Shown in pieces: positions 20,983 through 31,048 of a stretch of 64,000 bases of DNA. The position numbers and the translations under genes were made by a program. The stretch comes from Nitrosopumilus sp. (GTDB taxonomy: Archaea > Thermoproteota > Nitrososphaeria > Nitrososphaerales > Nitrosopumilaceae): positions 512,001 to 576,000 of the forward strand of contig OZ243974.1 in assembly GCA_965214775.1 (NCBI GenBank), read 5' to 3'. Below the pieces are notes generated by a model. That model was not told where the DNA came from and made no database searches. It saw nothing but the letters and a program-made list of their open reading frames with translations. Within the stretch, counting starts at the first letter, position 1. Each line of letters starts with the position of its first letter.

Positions 20983-22499
20983 ACCGCATGCAGTATTTTT
21001 TCAAACTTTTCGAGGGTCTCTATGGCATCCATTTCTATCTGATCATTTTTTGCTTTGATCAGGGATGAGATGACCACCCTAGTCAGATTATAGTCACGTA
21101 GTGAGGGGTTTTTGGATACGGATTGTGAGAATGGATGTCCTATGTTGTACACTACCGCCCTGTTTTGGACATCAACCCACCCCTCACGTGGATCATCTGG
21201 GAAGTCCTCCGGGATTATGTAGATTCCTCTTGTTTTTCTGGTTTTATTTACTCCCTTTTTGTCGGCTTTGTCGTCTTGGTATGTTCCCGTTCCATGATCA
21301 TCGCCGCTAGGAGATTTTGTAGACTGGGAGTCGTTATCTGTCCTTTCACCCTCAGTCTCGCCTGTCTTGGGAGCTTGTTTCCCCGGGCCCTCGTTGATGG
21401 TAATATCCCCCTCTTCTCTTGCAACAGATATGTCATGCTCGCGCGGATTTGAAAATGGGTTTAGGAACTTTAGCTCCGGATTCTGTAGTATCTTGTCTAG
21501 TCTTTTGGTAAGCTCGTTTACAACTATGTTTGTTTTCGAGGTGATGTCTTCATGTTTGAAGATCAGTTTTCTTTTTTCTAATTCACTATACAATCTTTTA
21601 CTTACTTGGCCTCTGATTTTGTTGGTTTGAAAATTCTTCTTAAAGTTCTCCTTGTTGGCAACCAGATGTGCGGCAAGAATCGATACGTCTGCCATGCAAA
21701 GAATTTTTTTACTGTTGTCCTCTTTTATCAGATTAGCCCATTCTACCAGTTCATTTTTTATTCTTTTTCCAAATACTGAGTATACGATATGGCGCCGGTC
21801 TTCGGGAATTTCGTCTTTACATATCCATATGTGGCATGGTATGTAGCTGTTTGCAACCTTTATTTTTACGTGTATACTTTCCCCTGAAGGTTGCCAAGGC
21901 ATGATAGGTCTGTCATCTACGGATAACTCTAATTTCTTTGAAAGCAATGCGTCATTGAACCAGAATCGCAACTTTTCAGATATGTTCTCCTGCAGCCAGA
22001 TGTATCCCTCTGGGCTTACTTTGACCCTGTACGATGTTCCGTATTTGTGATCTAGCTTTCTATTTCCGGTTATCTGAGTGATTGAGCCACCATTCAAGCT
22101 GGAATCATATTGGACATCATCCCCTGCTCTGAACATTCTAGAAGCTAAAATGTCGCTGTTTTTGCCAGTAATTGTAATAATTTCTGCCTGATCCCATGCG
22201 GCTAGAAATATTTTTGCGCCAACGCCTGCAAATCCAATGCCCTCGCCTTTTGTTTTTGTAGATGATGAGATTGTGTGATATCTCTCAAAGTCAACTGGCT
22301 TCATGGGTGGCCCATCGTTTAGAAATACGATGTAACAGTTGGAGTCATTACGGACAAGATTGATTTTGATTTTTTTTGCCTTGGCATCAATGCCATTTGC
22401 GATGGCTTCTAAAACAAGAACTTCCTCTTTTGGGTATTCATACATGTCAAGCAAGTTGTTTAACGTTTCAAGTATTTTGATCTTAAGCTGTTCAGTCAA
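20973..22499 (-). CDS. GHKL (MORC/Hsp90-like) ATPase
   Basis: EAIANGIDA, NDGPPM and STK...IGFAGVGAK Bergerat-fold motifs. Confidence 0.8.
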   Translation of the reverse strand: MTEQLKIKILETLNNLLDMYEYPKEEVLVLEAIANGIDAKAKKIKINLVRNDSNCYIVFLNDGPPMKPVDFERYHTISSSTKTKGEGIGFAGVGAKIFLAAWDQAEIITITGKNSDILASRMFRAGDDVQYDSSLNGGSITQITGNRKLDHKYGTSYRVKVSPEGYIWLQENISEKLRFWFNDALLSKKLELSVDDRPIMPWQPSGESIHVKIKVANSYIPCHIWICKDEIPEDRRHIVYSVFGKRIKNELVEWANLIKEDNSKKILCMADVSILAAHLVANKENFKKNFQTNKIRGQVSKRLYSELEKRKLIFKHEDITSKTNIVVNELTKRLDKILQNPELKFLNPFSNPREHDISVAREEGDITINEGPGKQAPKTGETEGERTDNDSQSTKSPSGDDHGTGTYQDDKADKKGVNKTRKTRGIYIIPEDFPDDPREGWVDVQNRAVVYNIGHPFSQSVSKNPSLRDYNLTRVVISSLIKAKNDQIEMDAIETLEKFEKILHAVWI

Positions 22500-22504
22500 C
22501 TGTG

Positions 22505-23446
22505 TTAGCTGTCCGGTTTGGAATAATATGTTTTATGAAATGTTACACTGGCATCAAGATGCCGGTACATGTCAAGCAGCTCTTCCACGGTGTATCTGTT
22601 GTACTGCCCCATGTAAAACTCATGCCCTGCAAGGATATGCCCTAATCCGAACTGTATTCGGTTGGCCTTTGTTATGAAATATGCACGCAGGCTGTGCACG
22701 TGTATCGTGTACCTATTCTGCTTGCAATGATCATATTTTTTCAGCATGCCGGTTTTTTTCCTTGCAGCCGCAAAACGCTTGGTCACAAGGTTACTGAACT
22801 GATCTGATCTTCTACGTCCTGCAAAGACATAATCCGATGCTTTTCCTATGTCTATCCTGTACCGGATCATACTCGATACTTGTTTTGAGAAGAATGTGAC
22901 ACGTGATCTTCCGGTCTTTGTTATGGATGCAGGTATTCTTACCGCTATGTTTTCATGTGCAAGATCAAGATTGGAAATCCTTATTTGTCCAAGCTCCCCC
23001 ACTCGCATTCCGCTAGATACAAGCGCCAGAAGATGAAATCTGAGCTCCGGTCGGGATGCTTCAAGAATGTTTTCCATGATCTCAGGCGTGATGGGCAGCT
23101 GGCTCTCACGTAGCAGTTTTGGAAACTTCAAATTTTGTTTTATGCCTACTGGATCAAGCTTTATCCCGTTGTACCACAAATATGATCTTAATGAGTTAAA
23201 GTAACACCTTATGCTTGAGGAAGCAATCCCACGTCCCACATTCCATTCTATCCACTCCTGAAGAAATGGGTAGATATCCTCTTCATTGTAGTGAGACAGA
23301 TCCTGGGCGTCTATCCCGAATGCGCGAACGTTGTTCACTGTACATTGAAATAGTTTCTGTGTTTGTTCTGATCTCATTTTCAATGTAGACATATAACTTG
23401 ACAGTGTCTTGTGTTTGGTACCACGCGGCGTATACAAAACCATCAT
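22505..23446 (-). CDS. Tyrosine recombinase (intact)
   Basis: SSGMRVGEL, TKTGRSR, HSLR and LAGH...QY give the full R-K-H-R-H-Y catalytic set. Confidence 0.88.
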   Translation of the reverse strand: MMVLYTPRGTKHKTLSSYMSTLKMRSEQTQKLFQCTVNNVRAFGIDAQDLSHYNEEDIYPFLQEWIEWNVGRGIASSSIRCYFNSLRSYLWYNGIKLDPVGIKQNLKFPKLLRESQLPITPEIMENILEASRPELRFHLLALVSSGMRVGELGQIRISNLDLAHENIAVRIPASITKTGRSRVTFFSKQVSSMIRYRIDIGKASDYVFAGRRRSDQFSNLVTKRFAAARKKTGMLKKYDHCKQNRYTIHVHSLRAYFITKANRIQFGLGHILAGHEFYMGQYNRYTVEELLDMYRHLDASVTFHKTYYSKPDS

Positions 23447-23606
23447 GTAAGATTTTTAAAACTGCTATATTACAGAAGATGTGAACAAAACGCAATTCAT
23501 GCATTTCAAACCATAGTCATGTTGTATTTTATCTTGATCGTGGAAAATTAAACACAGTCCAATCGTCACCTTTATCTTGAGGCCTTGATCATCACCACAC
23601 AACAGG

Positions 23607-26600
23607 ATGCTACGAGAAGACAACGTGATTGACAACAAAAACGTAGTTCTAAAAGAAGAACTGTTAAAGATCTTGCCAAAGACCAAAAATGCAAGCATTG
23701 CTGTAGGGTATTTTTTTATATCTGGACTATCAGCTGTGGTGGAGTCATTACAGGGTGTTGACAAAGTTCGCCTGCTCATATCAAACACCACAGATAAGGC
23801 GACTGCAGAATCACTCATTGAGGGATTTCACAGTATTAACCAGGTAAACAGGGAGCTCGGAAGGCAAAGTCACGTGAACGACGACAGAAGGGACAGAATT
23901 CGGGACGATTCAAAAAACAACATCAAAAAATCACTGGAATACATGAGTCAGACAAGCGGCGACAAAAAGACAGTCATGCTTCTCATAGAGATGATGAAGA
24001 CAAGCCAGATGGAGGTGCGTGTCTATCCAAAAGAAAAGCTGCACGCAAAGGCCTACATATTTCAGCCAAGAGACACCGACTTTGCACAAGGGCTAGGTAT
24101 AGTGGGATCCAGCAACCTGTCCCTTGCGGGAATATCCCATAACAGCGAGCTGAACCTCAAGACATTCAATGCTCCAGATGTCAACCAACTTTTGAGTTGG
24201 TTTGATGAGTTATGGGAAGAGGGATTGGATTTTACTGAAGACTTTAACATACTGTTGTCAGAATCGTGGGCAGGAACAACATATTCTCCTCGGGATGTGT
24301 TTCTCAAGGCCGCATACTTGGAGTACAAGGACAGATTGGAAGACCAGCATGAGATCGATCCGATCTGGGGTACAACGTTTCCGCAACTATTCCCGTTCCA
24401 GAGAAACGCCGTGGATCAGTGTCTTACGATGATCGAGTCCTATGGAGGGGTGATAATCGGAGATGTGGTGGGCCTAGGAAAGACATATGTTGGAACCGCA
24501 CTGCTAAAATACCTGCAGCTGCAAGATTACCGCCCGCTGATAATCTGCCCACCGCCACTTGAGCCAATGTGGGAAAAGTTCTGCGTAGATTATGAGGTTG
24601 ATGCAAAGATACTCTCACGAGGAAAACTGTCCCAGGACAGCTTTGAACTATATCAGGACTACAGATACAAAGATCGTGACTTGGTACTACTAGATGAAAG
24701 CCACCATTTTCGAAACAACGACTCACGACAATATGAGAATCTACAGCAATTCACACAGGCCCGCGATGCCAAAGTCATACTACTTACTGCAACGCCGTTT
24801 TCCAACGAAGCCAAGGACATCAAGAATCAGATAATGCTGTTCCACCAGTCCGAAAAGACACAGATACCGCCTGCGAACGAAACTGATCTCAACAGATATT
24901 TCGTCACGGTAAAAAAGGGAGAGGCCGATCTGGTGGATCTGCTTCGACACATCATGATCAGGCGAACACGGCGATATGTACTCAAACAATGGGGAGACAC
25001 GGATGAAAACGGGAGGGATTTCCTAAAAGTCGGAGATCAGGACAAGTATTTTCCCAGCCGTAAGATGAAAACACAAAGATACGACATAAACAAAGTTTAC
25101 CAGAACAAGTATGAAACAATCCTAGAATGTCTTCAGCGAGGCGAGCTTACATTTGCCAGATACAGCATTGGACTGTACGTAAAAGACGAATACACGGACG
25201 TTGAGTTGTACAAGGAGCTTGGAGCAGCTGGAACAAAACTCATAGGACTGATCAGGACGATTCTGCTGAAAAGAATGGAAAGCAGTCTTGAGGCGTTTCA
25301 GGAAAGCATTGCCCACTATATAAAAACCCACGAGATCTTTCTTAAACTGCTAGAGGAAAAAATCATCCCCATAGGTGATGTCTCCTACAAATCAATACAC
25401 GATCTCATAGAATCAGACTCAGATTACAGTACCATATATGATCCTGAGACAATAGATGAGTTTCGCAAAAAGATCGAAAAGGCTGGAGAAACAAAATACA
25501 AGTTTGAAGCATTCAAAATAGAGGAACTGACTCGGGACATCGAAAACGACATCAAGATCTTTAACACGATTGATGGCCTGATTCACAGGCTGTCATACAA
25601 GACGGATGACAAACTAAAGAAATTACAGGAATTGCTGGATAAAGAATATGTCGGTAAGAAGGTTCTGATTTTTTCCGAGTTTACAACCACGGCACGATAT
25701 CTGGACAAGCACCTGAAATGGAAAGGCCACAAGGAACAGGTTGATTCTACCACAGGCAACATGATTCAATGTGCAAGAAGGTTCGACCCCGACAACAACC
25801 CAAGCAGTGAAAAAAGGCCCGACAAGTCAGAGGAGATCTCACTGCTTATATCAACAGATGTCCTGTCAGAGGGGGTAAACCTCCAGGCAGGACAGGTAAT
25901 CATCAACTATGACTTTCACTGGAACCCTACCAGACTCATTCAAAGGGCAGGACGAGTGGACAGAATAGGAAGCAAGAACGAATTTGTCACTGTACACAAC
26001 TTTCTTTTGGATCCAGATATGGAGAAGGACTTTAGGTTGGAAGAGCATGTAGACCGGAAAATAGACAGCATACAGCAAAAAATCGGCGAGGACTATCCAA
26101 TATTAAAGCCGGGTGAACCGGTAAACACAAAAGACACTTACGCAATCTACAAAGGCGATGTGTCCATTCTTGATCACGAAGAGGAAAATCCACTAGAGCC
26201 CTCAAGGTTTGAAAAAATGTTAACGGATGTACAAATGAACAGCCCGCAGTTATGGGAAGATTTCACATCGATTCCAGACGGAATCAGAGGTTCTGACGGG
26301 ACAGAAACTGGAGGTGTGCTGCTCTTGGCATGTGAGAGCGGGACAGAAAGAAGCGGCAAGGTGAGAAAATACTATCTTGTCACACCAAACGAAAAAGTAA
26401 ACGAGATATCCTCACAGAAAGCACTGGAAATTCTAGAATCGGAGGACAAATCAACACATGCCACCCCTTCAAGTCACGACAGCCTGGTCGCTGCAGGATG
26501 GCGCCAATTCGTGGAGGAATCAGAGCAGATCAGGGCAAGAGCCTCAAGCACAAAACTAACCAGGCCACAAAAATGGATACGTGAAAAACTAATGAAGATG

Positions 26601-26858
26601 GACAAAAACGATACGTTTACGGATAAAAGGCAAGAGATTGAAACTCTGCTAAAGGCATACTCTATCCCAATCCTCAAGGGAAAACTAAACAGAGAATTGA
26701 CAAAGATTACAAAAGCAGGCATGGAAGACATGGAGATATTGGGCAGCCTTAGTCAGCTGTACCTGCATTACAACCTGCAAAACCAGGTAAGACAGGATGA
26801 GGAGGAGGCAACATCCCCCAGAATCCTATACAGCATGTACGTTGGGAAACATGACTGA
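23607..26858 (+). CDS. PLD-nuclease / SNF2-type helicase fusion (putative restriction subunit)
   Basis: LHAKAY...GSSNLS (PLD); DVVGLGKT, DESH, LTATP, SEGVNLQ and QRAGRVDRIG helicase motifs; overlaps MTase start. Confidence 0.88.
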   Translation: MLREDNVIDNKNVVLKEELLKILPKTKNASIAVGYFFISGLSAVVESLQGVDKVRLLISNTTDKATAESLIEGFHSINQVNRELGRQSHVNDDRRDRIRDDSKNNIKKSLEYMSQTSGDKKTVMLLIEMMKTSQMEVRVYPKEKLHAKAYIFQPRDTDFAQGLGIVGSSNLSLAGISHNSELNLKTFNAPDVNQLLSWFDELWEEGLDFTEDFNILLSESWAGTTYSPRDVFLKAAYLEYKDRLEDQHEIDPIWGTTFPQLFPFQRNAVDQCLTMIESYGGVIIGDVVGLGKTYVGTALLKYLQLQDYRPLIICPPPLEPMWEKFCVDYEVDAKILSRGKLSQDSFELYQDYRYKDRDLVLLDESHHFRNNDSRQYENLQQFTQARDAKVILLTATPFSNEAKDIKNQIMLFHQSEKTQIPPANETDLNRYFVTVKKGEADLVDLLRHIMIRRTRRYVLKQWGDTDENGRDFLKVGDQDKYFPSRKMKTQRYDINKVYQNKYETILECLQRGELTFARYSIGLYVKDEYTDVELYKELGAAGTKLIGLIRTILLKRMESSLEAFQESIAHYIKTHEIFLKLLEEKIIPIGDVSYKSIHDLIESDSDYSTIYDPETIDEFRKKIEKAGETKYKFEAFKIEELTRDIENDIKIFNTIDGLIHRLSYKTDDKLKKLQELLDKEYVGKKVLIFSEFTTTARYLDKHLKWKGHKEQVDSTTGNMIQCARRFDPDNNPSSEKRPDKSEEISLLISTDVLSEGVNLQAGQVIINYDFHWNPTRLIQRAGRVDRIGSKNEFVTVHNFLLDPDMEKDFRLEEHVDRKIDSIQQKIGEDYPILKPGEPVNTKDTYAIYKGDVSILDHEEENPLEPSRFEKMLTDVQMNSPQLWEDFTSIPDGIRGSDGTETGGVLLLACESGTERSGKVRKYYLVTPNEKVNEISSQKALEILESEDKSTHATPSSHDSLVAAGWRQFVEESEQIRARASSTKLTRPQKWIREKLMKMDKNDTFTDKRQEIETLLKAYSIPILKGKLNRELTKITKAGMEDMEILGSLSQLYLHYNLQNQVRQDEEEATSPRILYSMYVGKHD

Positions 26859-29800
26859 CAAAAAACTAGAAAGTTTGGCATATCGACTCAGGGATCTGAC
26901 CTCGTTAAGAGATCTTTTTTCAGAACTGAACTTTGATTTTGAGGACAAGCCAGTGAATAAAGACAGCTGGAAGCAAGATCAGAAAGATAAGGTCACAGAA
27001 GCCAGGGTCATAGCGAGCAAAAACAACTATCAGATATGCTATATCAGAACAAACACAAACTCATTAAAGGATTGGAAGGGCATATCATCCCGAATAATCA
27101 AGGACAATTCTGGACTATGTATGGTGTGCTCGCACAATCCTGACGGGTTTAAGTGGGTCTTTTCAAGCCTGTCAAAAAACTTTTCACAGTCCTTTTCAGA
27201 GACCAGACACGTTCCAATAGACATCACCGGGGATTCCGGTGTGCCCAAAACCTTCATCGATTTTTTGGAGGCGCTAAAAATCAAGGGAAAGTCCACCACC
27301 ACATCCATCACCACCCAGATATCCAACGCATTTGACTCGTTCGCAGTACAGATTCACGACGAGCTTACCGTAAACGTGTTCGAGGCGTTGAAGATCCTCT
27401 CTGAAGGGATAATTCTGGACGAGTCCAACGAAATGCAGTTGGATGAACAGCTACTCGAGGAAATCCGAGAACCGGTATTCATTTTGTTATACAGGATCAT
27501 CTTCGTATTGTACGCAGATGACAGGGGAATTTTTCCAATCGACAACAGCACCTATCATGACGAGTTTAGCCTGAAATGGATCAAGCACGAGTGGTTGCTA
27601 AAGGGGCAGGATCCAAAAAAGATAGACGAATACGGTGTCCAGGAACGCTTGTGGCGACTGTTCAGACTGATCGAGTACGGCAGTGAGGATCTAGGATACA
27701 ACCCCGACAAGCTTTTCATGAAGCCCTACTATGGAAGGCTGTTTGACAGGCAGATCCATTCAAGACTGGAAAAATACAAAATAAAAAACCAGTATTTGCT
27801 GGAAGCCATCGGCCTGCTTACGCGCACACGTGACAAAAAGGGGAACTATTTTTTCCTCGATTATTCGGCACTGGAAACAAGACACCTTGGTTCCATATAT
27901 GAGCGCCTTCTGGAATACCATCTTACGGTCAAAGACAAAAAGATCGCGGAGCTTCCAAATCCAAAAGACCGGAAGGCATCAGGCAGTTACTATACCCCCC
28001 AGTACATCGTGGATTACATCGTGGAAAACACAGTAGGTCCGCTAATAGACCACATCATAAAGACGACCGCCGAACCTGACGAGCAGGTTGAAAAGATATT
28101 GGACTTGAATGTTTTGGATCCTGCAATGGGTTCTGGCCATTTCCTGGTGGGAGTTACAGACTACATTGCACGGAGGATATGTGAAATAGAGTTTACTGGG
28201 GAGATACCCGAGCAGGTGTTTGTGGAGCGCAAAAGAGACGTGGCCAGGCGGTGTATCTATGGCGTAGATCTAAACCCATTAGCGGTGGATCTGGCCCATG
28301 TTTCCCTGTGGCTTGAGACGCTTTCATCTGAAAAGCCACTATCTTTTCTGAGTGCACACCTAAAAACAGGTAATTCGTTAGTTGGTGCCAACATAGACGA
28401 CATATTTGCAAAACAGACAACACTGATGGAGTCGGCAAAGGGCAGAACGCAGTTCAAGAAAACTGTCAGGGACTTTATCATGCTTGAACAGCTTGAGGAC
28501 GATACTGCAGCTGCAGTAAAGACAAAGATGGCAAAGTACAAAAAAATTCAATCAAAGGGAACCATATACTATCAGCTGAAATTTTTACTGGATGCCAAGG
28601 TGGCAAAAAACTTCGGCGTGGAAGTTCCACCGTTAGGCGATTATGTCGCAAAAATCGGCGAGAACAGCCTTGACTTTTTTGCCGAGGGCAGCACGTGGCC
28701 CGAGGTCAAGCGTGTGGCAGAGAAGCACTCGTTCTTCCACTGGGATCTGGAGTTTCCGGACATATTCCATAATGATGATGGGAAAAGGAAAAAGAATCCA
28801 GGTTTTGATGCTGTTGTTGGGAATCCTCCATATGGAGCGAAGATATCAAAACATGAACAGAAATACTATAAAGAGAGATTCTCAAAGGTAGGAAGTACTG
28901 ACACGGCACAATTAATGATGCGTGCATCCTTTGACCTGCTATCCAAATTTGGAATCAATGGATTTATCGTTCCCAAGGCACTTACATTTGCATCAAATTG
29001 GAAAAAAATTAGAATGCATCTGATGACAAATTTATCAACACTGATAGATTGTAAAAAAGTGTGGAAGGACGTAAAACTTGAGCAGGTTATTTACATATAT
29101 CAAAACAGTCATACAAGAGAATCCTATCTTACTGGATCACGAATAAAGCATGATCTTATTGCAATCACAAAAATCGACAAGAACGAATGTACGATGTTTG
29201 AATTTTTGATTAGTGGGCTTGAACGAAACGAGATCACAGTGGGACAGAAAATACATGCAAAATCTGAGAAATTAGGAAAATATATTACCAACAATAGAGG
29301 ATGTATGCTACAAAATAAGATCAGAGAAAACGGCGAAGTGAAAGTAATTGGCGGTGCACAGATCCAACGATATTACATCACAAAGGAATTGAAAGGATAT
29401 CTAAATGCCAGAGACATTAACGATAACAAAGCATATATCCAAAAAAACTCGATTCTCGCACAAAATATTGTTGCACATGTTGAAAATCCAGTAGATCATC
29501 TAAAGATTACTGCAACAATACCACACAATGCCAGATTTATTGTATTAGACACAATAAACCAAATCACGGTAAACATGATCGACCCATATTATATCTTGGG
29601 GTTTTTAAATTCAAAAATATTAAACTGGTATGTATACAGATTTATCTTTGCCAAGGCAATTAGAACCATGCACTTTGATAGTACAGTAACAGATAGAATT
29701 CCAATTATTATAGACAAGAAAGAACAGGTAATTAAAAGGGTAAAAAATCTAATTCGGCTACATACAAAGCCTTCAACACTTCAAAGAGACAAAGACATAT

Positions 29801-29895
29801 TGACCGAAGAAGATGAACTAAACCGTTTGTTTTATCACATATTTGGCTTGACAGATGATGAAATCAGAATGATAGAGAGTTCAACTCCGTCTTAA
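26851..29895 (+). CDS. Eco57I/type IIG-like N6-adenine DNA methyltransferase with C-terminal TRD
   Basis: GSYYTP, LDPAMGSGHFL (motif I), YGVDLN and GNPPY (motif IV); AT-rich 3' third. Confidence 0.92.
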   Translation: MTDKKLESLAYRLRDLTSLRDLFSELNFDFEDKPVNKDSWKQDQKDKVTEARVIASKNNYQICYIRTNTNSLKDWKGISSRIIKDNSGLCMVCSHNPDGFKWVFSSLSKNFSQSFSETRHVPIDITGDSGVPKTFIDFLEALKIKGKSTTTSITTQISNAFDSFAVQIHDELTVNVFEALKILSEGIILDESNEMQLDEQLLEEIREPVFILLYRIIFVLYADDRGIFPIDNSTYHDEFSLKWIKHEWLLKGQDPKKIDEYGVQERLWRLFRLIEYGSEDLGYNPDKLFMKPYYGRLFDRQIHSRLEKYKIKNQYLLEAIGLLTRTRDKKGNYFFLDYSALETRHLGSIYERLLEYHLTVKDKKIAELPNPKDRKASGSYYTPQYIVDYIVENTVGPLIDHIIKTTAEPDEQVEKILDLNVLDPAMGSGHFLVGVTDYIARRICEIEFTGEIPEQVFVERKRDVARRCIYGVDLNPLAVDLAHVSLWLETLSSEKPLSFLSAHLKTGNSLVGANIDDIFAKQTTLMESAKGRTQFKKTVRDFIMLEQLEDDTAAAVKTKMAKYKKIQSKGTIYYQLKFLLDAKVAKNFGVEVPPLGDYVAKIGENSLDFFAEGSTWPEVKRVAEKHSFFHWDLEFPDIFHNDDGKRKKNPGFDAVVGNPPYGAKISKHEQKYYKERFSKVGSTDTAQLMMRASFDLLSKFGINGFIVPKALTFASNWKKIRMHLMTNLSTLIDCKKVWKDVKLEQVIYIYQNSHTRESYLTGSRIKHDLIAITKIDKNECTMFEFLISGLERNEITVGQKIHAKSEKLGKYITNNRGCMLQNKIRENGEVKVIGGAQIQRYYITKELKGYLNARDINDNKAYIQKNSILAQNIVAHVENPVDHLKITATIPHNARFIVLDTINQITVNMIDPYYILGFLNSKILNWYVYRFIFAKAIRTMHFDSTVTDRIPIIIDKKEQVIKRVKNLIRLHTKPSTLQRDKDILTEEDELNRLFYHIFGLTDDEIRMIESSTPS
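28636..28829 (+). repeat. 194-bp inverted repeat, right copy (inside the MTase gene, ending at NPP)
   Basis: Exact reverse complement of 20145-20338. Confidence 0.95.
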
Positions 29896-30327
29896 TTGAC
29901 ATGGTTAATACTCAGATGTCACACCACACAGCTTTGGCCAGCAATATGCATCGACATCCCGGATAATTGAACTGCAAAAGTTAGCACTTCAAGATCTTGG
30001 TGAAAATGTCCATCCAATAGGCCCAGTAATCTTGACAGATCATGCAGATCTGAAAGTATGAAGTCACGTCACTTACTGGCTAGACATCTAGTTAAAACAT
30101 CCGTCCACAACACGGTGATGATCCTTGCTTCTAATCCGTGCCGAATCAGACTGACCGTACTTTATAACTAACGTTGGCAATCAAGCAAATTCATGCCTAG
30201 TTGGTAAGGGGAAGCGATCACATATGCCTACGACCACCCGATCCGTAGCACCGCCTACGACCACCCGAATAAGTAGCAGAGCTTTGATCCATAATCTTAA
30301 AATATGTCACTAGTGATATCGCTAGTG

Positions 30328-30837
30328 ATGATTTCTGAATGGTTCCAAAGAGTCGGAAGTTCAGTTCCAAGAGGATTTTCCAGATATTTCATTTTGGAAC
30401 TATTGAAAAAGAAATCACATTCAGGAAAAGAGATCATAGACTATGCCGCAGAACAAAGTAACGGAATCTGGAAGCCGTCACCGGGATTGATCTATCCGCT
30501 ATTGGGAAGGCTGCTTGATGAAGGATTGATTGAGGAGGACTCGGACAGAAAATATCAACTAACCAAGAAAGGAAGGAAGACTGCAGAAGATGTCGGCAAA
30601 GTAAATGATATTGTAAAAAATCAACTAGATGTTCTCTTCAGACTAGGCAATGTGGGAAGGTTTGTCGCAATGGATCTAATTGAAAAGATCTCCTCGATGG
30701 GTGCAATCCTAAGTTCAAACATAAGCAACATGACTGGACATGAGACAAAAAAATACAAAGACTTCCTAGAGTCCGAATTAAAGAAGATTCAGGGAAAGAA
30801 AGTCAAAGCAAAAGGCAGGCAAATAAAGATCGACTAA
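30328..30837 (+). CDS. PadR-family transcriptional regulator
   Basis: FILELL...HSGKEI...WKPSPGLIYPLLGRLLDEGLI...YQLTKKG. Confidence 0.88.
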   Translation: MISEWFQRVGSSVPRGFSRYFILELLKKKSHSGKEIIDYAAEQSNGIWKPSPGLIYPLLGRLLDEGLIEEDSDRKYQLTKKGRKTAEDVGKVNDIVKNQLDVLFRLGNVGRFVAMDLIEKISSMGAILSSNISNMTGHETKKYKDFLESELKKIQGKKVKAKGRQIKID

Positions 30838-30865
30838 CAGCAGTTTGGAAAAAACAACACATATC

Positions 30866-30976
30866 GTAACAGGTCGGGCTCTGAAAGCTGTTCCTGATTT
30901 TAGGCACGAATCTACACGGGAGACCTCCCCGAGATAACAAAACTCGCACTTGAACTTCCAGAGCCCGACCTGTTAC
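30866..30976. other. Intergenic element closed by an 18-bp perfect stem (candidate structured RNA)
   Basis: GTAACAGGTCGGGCTCTG (30866-30883) pairs with CAGAGCCCGACCTGTTAC (30959-30976). Confidence 0.5.
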
Positions 30977-31048
30977 CACATATCTCTCCCTCTCTCCCCC
31001 CCCAAGTCTTAAAATCATAAATAACTAATCCAGTCATGGAAAAGCAGA

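Larger units (their letters stand above)
16971..30283. mobile_element. 13.3-kb transposon-like island bounded by 53-bp inverted repeats
   Basis: 16971-17023 matches the reverse complement of 30231-30283 at 47/53; sits between core genes sdhA and padR; contains a DDE transposase. Confidence 0.75.

Noticed and set aside
30226-30268. Two GCCTACGACCACCCGA repeats as a mini-CRISPR
   Set aside because: Only two 16-bp units with an 11-bp spacer and no cas genes; explained as subrepeats of the transposon TIR.
30866-30976. 5S rRNA, SRP RNA or tRNA identity for the long stem
   Set aside because: No recognisable 5S, SRP or cloverleaf motifs; kept only as an unknown structured element.
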